From: Bacteroidaceae bacterium
Lineage (GTDB): Bacteria > Bacteroidota > Bacteroidia > Bacteroidales > Bacteroidaceae
Length of the DNA stretch: 58,139 nucleotides
Assembly: GCA_017467015.1 (NCBI GenBank)
Contig: JAFTTA010000204.1
Coordinates: 1 to 58,139 of the forward strand
Reading direction: 5' to 3'
Below the pieces are notes generated by a model. That model had not been told where the DNA came from. It saw only the letters and a list, made by a program, of their open reading frames with translations, and did no database searches. Positions 1 through 8,544 of this stretch are shown in pieces. Position numbers and translations under genes: made by a program. How positions within the stretch are numbered: the stretch's first letter is position 1; each line of letters opens with the position of its first letter.

Positions 1-1
1 C

Positions 2-61
2 AATCAGGTATACAGCCGTATGTTGGAGGCAATGACTGCAAACATGAACAAACCTCAGTAA
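2..61 (+). CDS. 3' end of a CDS entering from upstream of the window; by position probably gldL/porL
   Basis: Frame 2 is open from the window edge (..NQVYSRMLEAMTANMNKPQ*) and stops at TAA 59-61, 21 nt before the gldM ATG. Only 19 codons are visible, so identity rests on the conserved gldK-L-M-N order. Confidence 0.4.
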   Translation, partial: NQVYSRMLEAMTANMNKPQ

Positions 62-82
62 CCATTCAGAATCCCGAAGAGC

Positions 83-1660
83 ATGAAAATAAAAAAGAAT
101 AAAGTCTCACCGCGTCAGAAGATGATTAACCTGATGTACGTTCTTCTGATGGCGATGTTGGCGCTGAATGTCTCGTCGGATGTTCTCAACGGCTTTACGC
201 TTGTAGACGAGAGCCTTACCAAGAGTACAGCCAATTCATCCGAGCAGAACCTTGCCCTTTATAGGGATTTTGCAGCCTTCATGGAGCAGAACCCCGAAAA
301 GGTGCACGAGTGGTTTAGTCGCGCACAGACGGTGAAGCAGATGTCCGACTCACTTTATGAATATGCCGACCTTCTGAAAGAACTAATAGCAAAGAAAGCT
401 GATGGTGCAGAAGGTGACCACGCTAAACTTATCAATCGCGAAGACCTTGAAGCATCTACTTTCGTGATGCTGAGCAAGAGCGAAAATCGTGGTCAGAAAC
501 TCTATGATGCTATCAACAACTATCGTGAACAGATACTTACGATGATAGACGACACCATACAGCGTCGTGTGGTGACCGACCTTTTCAGTACAGAAGTTCC
601 TAAACGCGACATATCACTGATGCGCAACTGGCAAGAGTACAACTTCGAAAATATGCCCGCTATTGCAGCCATCACATTGCTCACAAAATTGCAGAACGAT
701 ATACGTTACACCGAGGGTGAGGTGTTGCATACATTAGCAAAGAATATCGACGAGGGCGATGTCAGAGTAAACAAGATAAGTGCCCTTGTGATACCCAATT
801 CAAAGAATATCGTTCGTGGTAGCGACTTCAGTGCGCAGATAATTCTTGCGGCAGTAGATTCAACGCAGCGCCCCGAGATATATATCGACGACAAAAAACT
901 TGATGCCGAAAATGGTGAATACACAATCACTTGTAACCGCACGGGTGATTACACTCTTAATGGATATATGCTTGTTAACGATGGTGCAGGCACATCGTCT
1001 CGTTACGAATTCTCGCAGAAATACACAGTTGTTGACCCTACTGCCACCGTCAGCGCTTCGCTTATGAATGTGCTCTATGCCGGTTTTGAAAACCCGTTGA
1101 GTATATCCGTTCCCGGCGTTCCCGGTAAGAATATTTCGGCAAGCGTGGCAAATGGCAACGGTACACTACGTTCCGATGGAAAGGGAGGTTTTGTGGCAGT
1201 GCCCAAACAAATTGGAAAAAATATGGAGATAGAGGTGACAGCCAATCACGAGGGGGGACGTCGTCAAAGCATGGGTAAATATTCATTCCGTGTAAAGCAA
1301 CTGCCCGACCCCACACCTTTTATCGAATATAAGGATAAAGACGGACATACAAATCGCTATCGCGGTGGAACACCTTTTGCCAAGCGCGACCTCATGTCTA
1401 CAAACGGCATTGTGGCAGCTATCGACGACGGATTGTTGAACATAGGATTTAAAGTGCTCTCTTTCGAGACAGTCTTCTACGATAACATGGGAAATGCCGT
1501 GCCTATAATATCCGAAGGCGCGAACTTCTCTTCTCGTCAGAAAGATATGTTCCGTCGTCTATCCACCGGCAAACGATTCTACATATCACATGTGAAAGCT
1601 GTTGGTCCTGACGGTGTAGAGCGTGTGCTACCCACATCAATGGAAGTAATATTGAAATAA
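83..1660 (+). CDS. gldM: Type IX secretion / gliding motility protein GldM (PorM)
   Basis: 525 aa. The N-terminal SPRQKMINLMYVLLMAMLALNVS membrane-anchor motif is the GldM/PorM hallmark. The rest is long and beta-rich, and gldN follows directly. Confidence 0.9.
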   Translation: MKIKKNKVSPRQKMINLMYVLLMAMLALNVSSDVLNGFTLVDESLTKSTANSSEQNLALYRDFAAFMEQNPEKVHEWFSRAQTVKQMSDSLYEYADLLKELIAKKADGAEGDHAKLINREDLEASTFVMLSKSENRGQKLYDAINNYREQILTMIDDTIQRRVVTDLFSTEVPKRDISLMRNWQEYNFENMPAIAAITLLTKLQNDIRYTEGEVLHTLAKNIDEGDVRVNKISALVIPNSKNIVRGSDFSAQIILAAVDSTQRPEIYIDDKKLDAENGEYTITCNRTGDYTLNGYMLVNDGAGTSSRYEFSQKYTVVDPTATVSASLMNVLYAGFENPLSISVPGVPGKNISASVANGNGTLRSDGKGGFVAVPKQIGKNMEIEVTANHEGGRRQSMGKYSFRVKQLPDPTPFIEYKDKDGHTNRYRGGTPFAKRDLMSTNGIVAAIDDGLLNIGFKVLSFETVFYDNMGNAVPIISEGANFSSRQKDMFRRLSTGKRFYISHVKAVGPDGVERVLPTSMEVILK

Positions 1661-1672
1661 AACAAGAAAGCT

Positions 1673-2737
1673 ATGAAATATATCAGCAGAATTCTTTTGG
1701 TTATATGCATCTCTTTGTTGGGACAGAACCTTTCGGCGCAACCACCCAAACGTAAAAAAGAGGCAGCTGCCAAGAAAACAGTAACAGTCAATGTGCCTAT
1801 GAGCGAGCGTGCCAAAGCGCAGTACCCTGTGACAGCTACACCCGGAGAGGTGGTGTGGAAACGTGATGTCTATCGCACTCTCGACCTGAAAAAAGAGAAA
1901 AACGCTTCGTTGTACTATCCTGTGGAGCCTCAGGGTGAAAATATGAACCTGTTCACTTACATATTCAAACTGGTCGTTGCCGGAGATATACCGGCATATA
2001 TGTACAATCTCGATGGTAATGAATCGTTTGTTGCCGAAAACCGTGTAAGTCCCAAGGAGATGCTCGATGACTATGGCATATATTACGAGGAGAAAAATGG
2101 TACTTTGATGGTGGATCAGAGCGATATTCCCAGTGGTTTAGTGCTCAGCTATTACATTAAGGAGAGCAATTTCTTCGACCAACGTACAGCAACGTATAAT
2201 CGTCGGGTAACCGCTATCTGTCCTGTACTTCACAAATCAGGAGACTTCACGACGGAGGTTGTGAAATACCCCATGTTTTGGCTTAATTTCGACGAAATTT
2301 CTCCAGCTCTAAACAATCAAAAGGTGATGTCGAGCAGTTACAACAATGTTTCTACAATGACATTGAACGACTACTTTATGAAGAATTGCTACGACGGCGA
2401 GATATATAAGACAGTCAATCTGCGCAATCTTTCGTTGAACCAATATTGCAAAGATGACTCGGCCGTAAAAAAAGAGCAAAAGAACATAGAGAAACAACTT
2501 TCTGATTTCCGTGGAAATCTGTGGAAAGTGCAGATGGCTGCCGAAGGGAAAGATAGTACAGAGGTTGCGGCATCCGATAGCATAGCCGACAAAAAAACAG
2601 AGCAGGCGGTGAAAGAGGAGAAAACTAAACGCACGACAAAGAAAAAATCTGATGCTAAGGCAAGCAAGAAGAGCACAAAGAGTGGTGGTAAGAGCAGTGG
2701 CTCACCTCGAGTATCTGTGCGCCGTACACGTCGATAG
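1673..2737 (+). CDS. gldN: Type IX secretion / gliding motility protein GldN (PorN)
   Basis: 354 aa, signal peptide, starts 12 nt after gldM. WKRDVYRTLDL, LYYPVEP and NLFTYIF segments are typical of GldN/PorN. Lys/Ser-rich C-terminal tail. Confidence 0.85.
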   Translation: MKYISRILLVICISLLGQNLSAQPPKRKKEAAAKKTVTVNVPMSERAKAQYPVTATPGEVVWKRDVYRTLDLKKEKNASLYYPVEPQGENMNLFTYIFKLVVAGDIPAYMYNLDGNESFVAENRVSPKEMLDDYGIYYEEKNGTLMVDQSDIPSGLVLSYYIKESNFFDQRTATYNRRVTAICPVLHKSGDFTTEVVKYPMFWLNFDEISPALNNQKVMSSSYNNVSTMTLNDYFMKNCYDGEIYKTVNLRNLSLNQYCKDDSAVKKEQKNIEKQLSDFRGNLWKVQMAAEGKDSTEVAASDSIADKKTEQAVKEEKTKRTTKKKSDAKASKKSTKSGGKSSGSPRVSVRRTRR

Positions 2738-2755
2738 TTTTTAATATATACACAA

Positions 2756-2797
2756 AACCAATCATCCCCGAAATATTTCGGGGATGATTGGTTTTTA
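2756..2797 (+). terminator. Rho-independent terminator after gldN
   Basis: Perfect palindrome aaccaatcatccccgaaat/atttcggggatgattggtt (2756-2793) followed by a T run. Confidence 0.85.
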
Positions 2798-2870
2798 TCT
2801 TCTTACCTCAATCTCTGCTTTTTTAGTTGCTAAAATTGTTTAAAGTTGTGTTTTATCCGTTTTTTTTAAT

Positions 2871-2878
2871 TAAGTTTG
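2871..2878 (+). promoter_or_regulatory. Bacteroidota sigma-A -7 box (TAnnTTTG)
   Basis: TAAGTTTG lies 71 nt upstream of the ATG at 2949 and downstream of the gldN terminator. Confidence 0.5.
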
Positions 2879-2948
2879 CGATAATGGAAAATGAAGCACC
2901 ATTTAATGCTTCGGAACAGAGTTGTATAACCCACAAAAATCTGCAACT

Positions 2949-4592
2949 ATGATAAGGATATTTTGCAAAAACAACAACACATCCACCCTTTTCCCATCGG
3001 GATGTACGCTTTTGGATATATACAGCAATTTGGCGTTAGATATGCCATATGGTGCAGTTGCTGCACGAGTCAATAATCAGGTTGTAGGATTGATGTACCG
3101 TGTCTATCGCAACAAAGATGTAGAGTTTCTGAATATAACCTCTAAGGATGGCATGAAGATGTATGTGCGTTCACTCACTTTTGTGTTGATGAAAGCAATG
3201 CACGAACTGTTTCCGGGCAGAGTGGTGCGCTTTGAAAATCCCATTTCCAAAGGCTATTATTGCCGCATGGACGATGAATTGAGTGTTGCTGATGTAGAGG
3301 ATATAAAAAAGGCAATGCTCGAAATAATTGAACGCGACATACCATTCAAACGTGTGGAGTGCAGCACAGAAGAGGCTATAAAAGTCTTTTCATCTATCGG
3401 TCGCACCGATAAGGTGCGTCTGCTCGAAACATGTGGCTCGTTATATGCCGGATACTATCAGCTCGAAGATTATATCGACTACTACTATGGCGGTTTACTG
3501 CCCAGTACGGGCTATCTGAAATTGTTTGAAATAGAAAAGTTTGGCGATGGCATATTACTCCGTGTTCCCAATAGAGAAACTCCTATGTCGCTCGAGGATA
3601 AGGTGCCGCAAGAGAAACTGCAGGAACGCTTCGCCGAACGTCACCGTTGGCAGCAACTAATGGGGGTTGAGACAATTGGCGACTTTAACAAAGCTGTTCA
3701 AGAAGGCAAAGGTATCGACCTTGTTAATGTTTCCGAAGTGCTGCAAGAGAAAGCCATGACAAAAATAGCTGATGAAATATGCAACCGTGGTGCAAGAGTG
3801 GTACTTGTGGCAGGGCCATCATCATCGGGTAAGACCACATTTAGCAAGCGCATCAGCATACAGCTTATGGCGAGCGGTCTGCGTCCGGTTGCAATTTCTC
3901 TTGACGACTATTTTCTTAACCGTACAGAGACACCGCGTAAGGAGGATGGTGATTACGACTTTGAATCAATCTATTCCATCGACCTTGATTTCTTCAATAA
4001 ACAGTTGACACAGATACTGGCCGGTGAAGAGGTGGAATTGCCAAGATACAATTTCCAGACCGGTGAACGTGAGTTCCGCGGAAACATGCTGAAACTCGAG
4101 CCACAGATGGTGCTTGTTATTGAAGGTACTCACGGACTCAATCCCATGCTTACAGCACAGATACCCGAAAATGAAAAATATCGTATATATGTGTCGGCTC
4201 TAACATCTATTAAACTCGACTATCACAATTACATACCTACATCCGACAACCGACTGCTGCGCCGTATGCTTCGCGATTACAAATATCGCGGCTACTCAGC
4301 TGTGGAGACAATACAACGATGGCCCGATGTTCAGGCAGGTGAAGAGAAGTGGATATTTCCCTATCAAGAGAATGCCGACGCCATGTTTAACTCATCGTTG
4401 CTCTATGAGTTTGCAGTGCTGAAATGGAAAGTTGAACCACTGCTTCGTGGAGTGCCCGAAAAACTTCCCGAATATTCCGAAGCACGCCGATTGTTGCGTT
4501 TTCTCGATTATGTTGTACCTTTGCAGGACAATGAACTGCCTCCGACCTCTGTAATCAGGGAGTTCTTGGGCGGCAGCAGCTTCAAATATTGA
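2949..4592 (+). CDS. TGS-domain / uridine-kinase-like P-loop nucleoside kinase fusion protein
   Basis: Walker A motif GPSSSGKTT. The C-terminal half resembles PRK/uridine kinase and the N-terminus is TGS-like. The ORF-track start at 2922 is TTG; the first ATG at 2949 (MIRIFCKNN) is preferred. Confidence 0.7.
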   Translation: MIRIFCKNNNTSTLFPSGCTLLDIYSNLALDMPYGAVAARVNNQVVGLMYRVYRNKDVEFLNITSKDGMKMYVRSLTFVLMKAMHELFPGRVVRFENPISKGYYCRMDDELSVADVEDIKKAMLEIIERDIPFKRVECSTEEAIKVFSSIGRTDKVRLLETCGSLYAGYYQLEDYIDYYYGGLLPSTGYLKLFEIEKFGDGILLRVPNRETPMSLEDKVPQEKLQERFAERHRWQQLMGVETIGDFNKAVQEGKGIDLVNVSEVLQEKAMTKIADEICNRGARVVLVAGPSSSGKTTFSKRISIQLMASGLRPVAISLDDYFLNRTETPRKEDGDYDFESIYSIDLDFFNKQLTQILAGEEVELPRYNFQTGEREFRGNMLKLEPQMVLVIEGTHGLNPMLTAQIPENEKYRIYVSALTSIKLDYHNYIPTSDNRLLRRMLRDYKYRGYSAVETIQRWPDVQAGEEKWIFPYQENADAMFNSSLLYEFAVLKWKVEPLLRGVPEKLPEYSEARRLLRFLDYVVPLQDNELPPTSVIREFLGGSSFKY

Positions 4593-4621
4593 TGCTTATC
4601 ATCTACGTAAAATAGTCGAAA

Positions 4622-6088
4622 ATGGCAAAAAGAAACTCCAAACAAAAGTTAGCTCAGTCGCAGGCACAGGTGCAGAGCCTGTCGCCTCAACAGGTTATGT
4701 TCGTACGTTTGTTGGAACTGAACACTGTGGAATTGGAGGATAGGGTGCGCGGAGAGATTATAGACAATCCTGCCATTGAGACAACCCTACCTGAGGAGGA
4801 TACACATTTTGAAGAGGTGTCCGACAATGATCACGATGTAAACTCCATGGATGATTATCGTGTAGAGGATGATATCCCCGACTATAACGGATGGGATTAT
4901 CGCAGTTCCGCTCCTTCTGCCGTAGATATACCCTCGTCGGCAGATATCTCTTTTGGCGAAAGCCTACTTGAACAACTTGGCGAACTGCCGATGAACGACG
5001 AAGAGAGACGGTTGGGTGAATATCTGATAGGCTCACTGGAAGAGGATGGATTGCTATATAAACCACTGGAAGAGATTGTAGACGAACTGAATATTTACAA
5101 TGGAATGCATGTGACAGAGGAACAGCTGGAAAAAGTTCTGAAACTTATTCAGACTTTCGATCCGGCAGGGGTGGGGGCCCGTTCTCTGCAAGAGTGTCTA
5201 CTCATACAGATAGAACGTGGCGAAAAGAGTGATACAAGTGAACTTCAGCGCAGAATCATCATGGAGTATTACGATGATTTTTCGCATCGTCGTTGGGATG
5301 TTATCCCTGAAAAAGCTGGTTGCGACGAAGAACTTTGCATGGCTGCCATAGCAGAAATCGTAAAGCTCAACCCGCGTCCGGGTGCATCCATGAGTGAGGC
5401 TCTCGGACTAAGTCGTCAGCAGATAGTGCCCGACTTCACAATAGAGACCAATGGCGACTACATAACCATAACCTCTAATAGTGGTTCTCTGCCCGAACTG
5501 CGTGTGAGCGATGAGTATTGCAATTTGCTCGACAAGCAGGCACAAAGCGGTACCACAGAAGGAAAGGCCGCTGCACAATTCCTGAAACAGAAAATAGAGG
5601 CGGCAAAGAGTTTTATCGGTGCGGTGAAGCAACGTGAGCAGACACTTACACGCACAATGGAGGCAATCGTCGATTTCCAGAAGGAATTCTTTCTCGGTGG
5701 CGGCGATGAGTCGTTGCTTAAACCCATGATACTCGAGGATATAGCCAATAAGAGTGGGTACGACATCTCCACTGTGTCGCGCGTCAGCAACAATCGCTAC
5801 GTGCAATTGCCGTGGGGTGTGTTTTCGTTGAAATATTTCTTCAGCGATGGGGTTTCCACGGTAGATGGTGGCGAACGCTCGGCACGTGAACTCTATAAAT
5901 GCCTGCAGGAATTAGTCGATAGCGAAGATAAAAACAATCCGTTGAACGATACAGAACTGATGGAAAAACTGAAAGAACAAGGTTTTGCCTTGGCTCGACG
6001 TACTGTCGCAAAATATCGCGAGGCACTTCACATACCAGTGGCACGGCTTAGAAAAGAACAAAGGATAATAAAATATAACCAATTATGA
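4622..6088 (+). CDS. rpoN: RNA polymerase sigma-54 factor
   Basis: 488 aa. C-terminal RpoN box ARRTVAKYREAL, an HTH segment SGYDISTVSRVSNNRY, an acidic region II and a Gln-rich N-terminus. Confidence 0.95.
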   Translation: MAKRNSKQKLAQSQAQVQSLSPQQVMFVRLLELNTVELEDRVRGEIIDNPAIETTLPEEDTHFEEVSDNDHDVNSMDDYRVEDDIPDYNGWDYRSSAPSAVDIPSSADISFGESLLEQLGELPMNDEERRLGEYLIGSLEEDGLLYKPLEEIVDELNIYNGMHVTEEQLEKVLKLIQTFDPAGVGARSLQECLLIQIERGEKSDTSELQRRIIMEYYDDFSHRRWDVIPEKAGCDEELCMAAIAEIVKLNPRPGASMSEALGLSRQQIVPDFTIETNGDYITITSNSGSLPELRVSDEYCNLLDKQAQSGTTEGKAAAQFLKQKIEAAKSFIGAVKQREQTLTRTMEAIVDFQKEFFLGGGDESLLKPMILEDIANKSGYDISTVSRVSNNRYVQLPWGVFSLKYFFSDGVSTVDGGERSARELYKCLQELVDSEDKNNPLNDTELMEKLKEQGFALARRTVAKYREALHIPVARLRKEQRIIKYNQL

Positions 6089-6591
6089 AAGCGATTGTAA
6101 GTGTTATAATGGGAAGCACATCAGATCTTCCCGTGATGAAAAAAGCAACAGATTTTCTAAACGAAATGCAGATACCCTTCGAGGTGAACGCCCTCTCGGC
6201 ACACCGCACACCCGAAGCTGTGGAGGCTTTTGCAAAAGGTGCCAAAGAGCGTGGAATAAAAATCATTATTGCAGCGGCTGGAATGGCAGCCCATCTGCCC
6301 GGAGTAATTGCTGCAAGCACCACCTTGCCTGTCATCGGTGTGCCCATCAACAGCACTCTCGACGGCATGGATGCACTGCTTGCCATTGTTCAGATGCCTC
6401 CAGGAATACCGGTTGCCACTGTTGGTATCAATGCGTCGCTTAATGCTGCTATTCTTGCAGTGGAGATGCTTTCGCTTGCCGACGATGAACTCGCAACTCG
6501 TCTTGCTGCATACAAAGAGAATCTGAAGAAAAAAATTGAAAAGGCCAACGAAGATTTGAAAGAGCTTAAATATGAGTATAAAACAAACTAA
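6085..6591 (+). CDS. purE: 5-(carboxyamino)imidazole ribonucleotide mutase
   Basis: 168 aa with IMGSTSDLPVMKKA and AAGMAAHLPGV motifs. ATGA overlap with the rpoN stop codon. Confidence 0.93.
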   Translation: MKAIVSVIMGSTSDLPVMKKATDFLNEMQIPFEVNALSAHRTPEAVEAFAKGAKERGIKIIIAAAGMAAHLPGVIAASTTLPVIGVPINSTLDGMDALLAIVQMPPGIPVATVGINASLNAAILAVEMLSLADDELATRLAAYKENLKKKIEKANEDLKELKYEYKTN

Positions 6592-8359
6592 TCCCAATCT
6601 GTTCAACTACTCGCGTCGCAAGACACTCGCTGTGCAGGTTGGTGGGCTGATGCTCGGCGGTGAATATCCCGTTCGCGTGCAGTCCATGACAAATACCTCT
6701 ACCATGGATACCGAGGGTAGCGTTGCACAGATATTGCGCATTGTGGAACGTGGTGGCGAACTTGTGCGTCTTACCACTCAAGGTAGTCGCGAAGCGGTTA
6801 ACATGGGCGCAATTAAAGAGTCTGCCAGGGCTGTGGGATGCAATGTCCCCCTTGTGGCCGATGTTCACTTCAATGCTTCTGTTGCCGATGTTGCCGCACA
6901 ATATGCCGATAAGGTGAGGGTAAATCCCGGTAACTATGTCGATACTGCACGTACGTTTAAATACATAGAATATACCGACGAGGAGTATGCCCGTGAACTT
7001 GAACGACTGAGCGAACGTTTCACAGCCTTCCTTGCGCTGTGCAAACGCGAAGGCAAAGCTATACGAGTGGGGGTCAATCATGGCTCTCTATCAGACAGAA
7101 TAATGAGTCGCTACGGCGACACTCCGGAAGGAGTAGTTGAGTCGTGCATGGAGTTTCTTCGCATCTGCCACCGTGAGAACTTTAGCAACGTGGTAGTATC
7201 CATAAAAACAAGTAATACCCCGGTGATGGTCACCACGGTGCGTCTGCTCAATAGTGTTATGGCTTCCGAGGGCATATCTTATCCTTTGCATCTTGGTGTT
7301 ACCGAGGCTGGAGATGCCGAAGACGGACGCATTAAAAGTGCGGTGGGTATAGGTGCGTTGCTTGCCGATGGCATTGGCGATACGGTGCGTGTCTCCCTTG
7401 CCGAGGCTCCCGAGAACGAGATACCTGTTGCAAAGGAGCTTGTCGATTATATATCGTCGCGTGCCGGTCATCCTGCAATAGAGTCTCAGGCTGATGTAAC
7501 TTTCGATTATCTCAATCCCGTTCGTCGCAATACCCGTGCAGTGCTTTCTGTTGGTGGCGACAATGTACCTGTGGTGGTTTCTGCACCATTCGATTGCAAA
7601 GACGGGAACCTTTTACCCGATATTTTTGTATCAGATGGTGCGCTTGTTTGTGGTGGCGAAGAGTATCCTATTGTCAAGTCATCGCAGTTGCATGCAATGG
7701 CACCCGATGCGCTTTGTTTTGTGCTTTTGCAATATGCCGACCTCAGCGAGCAGACTGTTGCACGCTTGAAAGAACTGAAAAATTATGTAATTGTGGCAGA
7801 GAGTTATCACGACAATCCTGTGGGTGAGCTTCGCGCCATCGTTCATACATTGTCGCTTGCAGGTATTGATGCTCCTGTTATAATGCGTCGCAACTATCAG
7901 AAAGAAAGCGTGGAGAGCCTCAGAATAAAAGCTGCTGCCGACCTTGGTGTGCTGCTCATTGATGGTATAGCTGATGGTATCTGGATAGAAAACAATGGTG
8001 TTTCGGCTGCTGAGATTAACTGCATAGCGTTCGGCATTCTGCAGGCAACACGCCGCCGTATCAGCAAAACAGAATATATCGCCTGCCCCGGTTGTGGTCG
8101 CACCATGTACGACCTTCAAGGTACGCTTGCAAAGATAAAAGCTGCCACTGCTCACCTTAAAGGGTTGAAAATTGGTGTTATGGGTTGCATTGTCAACGGT
8201 CCCGGAGAGATGGCCGATGCCGACTATGGCTATGTTGGTGCTGCGCGTGGCAAAGTGAGCCTTTATCGTCGCAAAGAGTGTGTCGAAAAAAATATTCCCG
8301 AGGAGGAGGCTATAGCGCGTCTGCTTGCGCTCATTGAGAGTGATAAAAATAAAAATTGA
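6572..8359 (+). CDS. ispG: 4-hydroxy-3-methylbut-2-en-1-yl diphosphate synthase, long form with insert domain
   Basis: 595 aa. N-terminal TIM-barrel motifs (VRVQSMTNT, RVNPGN) and a C-terminal Fe-S domain (CPGCGRT ... GCIVNGPGE). The ATG lies 20 nt inside the purE 3' end. Confidence 0.93.
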   Translation: MSIKQTNPNLFNYSRRKTLAVQVGGLMLGGEYPVRVQSMTNTSTMDTEGSVAQILRIVERGGELVRLTTQGSREAVNMGAIKESARAVGCNVPLVADVHFNASVADVAAQYADKVRVNPGNYVDTARTFKYIEYTDEEYARELERLSERFTAFLALCKREGKAIRVGVNHGSLSDRIMSRYGDTPEGVVESCMEFLRICHRENFSNVVVSIKTSNTPVMVTTVRLLNSVMASEGISYPLHLGVTEAGDAEDGRIKSAVGIGALLADGIGDTVRVSLAEAPENEIPVAKELVDYISSRAGHPAIESQADVTFDYLNPVRRNTRAVLSVGGDNVPVVVSAPFDCKDGNLLPDIFVSDGALVCGGEEYPIVKSSQLHAMAPDALCFVLLQYADLSEQTVARLKELKNYVIVAESYHDNPVGELRAIVHTLSLAGIDAPVIMRRNYQKESVESLRIKAAADLGVLLIDGIADGIWIENNGVSAAEINCIAFGILQATRRRISKTEYIACPGCGRTMYDLQGTLAKIKAATAHLKGLKIGVMGCIVNGPGEMADADYGYVGAARGKVSLYRRKECVEKNIPEEEAIARLLALIESDKNKN

Positions 8360-8385
8360 CCACTCTGTTACAAGTAAATAGCTTT

Positions 8386-8425
8386 AATAGGCGCTTCATT
8401 CAAGAATGAAGCGCCTATTTCTTTG
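8386..8425 (+). terminator. Rho-independent terminator after ispG
   Basis: Perfect 15-bp stem aataggcgcttcatt / aatgaagcgcctatt with a 4-nt loop, followed by T-rich sequence. A second A/T-flanked hairpin lies at about 8431-8460. Confidence 0.85.
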
Positions 8426-8496
8426 TATATTTTTTTTCAATAGCAGCTATTGAAAAAAAGCATAAAACATTATATTCTTATACGGCTATTTGCCTT

Positions 8497-8504
8497 TACC
8501 TTTG
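8497..8504 (+). promoter_or_regulatory. Bacteroidota -7 box (TAnnTTTG)
   Basis: TACCTTTG lies 41 nt upstream of the ATG at 8545. Confidence 0.55.
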
Positions 8505-8544
8505 CAGCCGATTTAGGTAAATAGTTTAATTGAAACATAAAGTA

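Noticed and set aside
1252-1257. G6 homopolymer in gldM as a phase-variation switch for T9SS
   Set aside because: Six residues is too short for efficient slippage. Other homopolymers in the surface-protein genes are at most 7-8 nt, and those in coding regions are A or T runs of 7.
2922-2948. ORF-track N-terminal extensions from non-ATG starts (2922, 8530, 35049, 15266, 53809)
   Set aside because: In each case a downstream ATG gives the canonical N-terminus or signal peptide: MIRIF.., MTEFF.., MKIVIDE.., MKSYKTV.., MRKHILCL... Where present, the -7 box lies upstream of that ATG.
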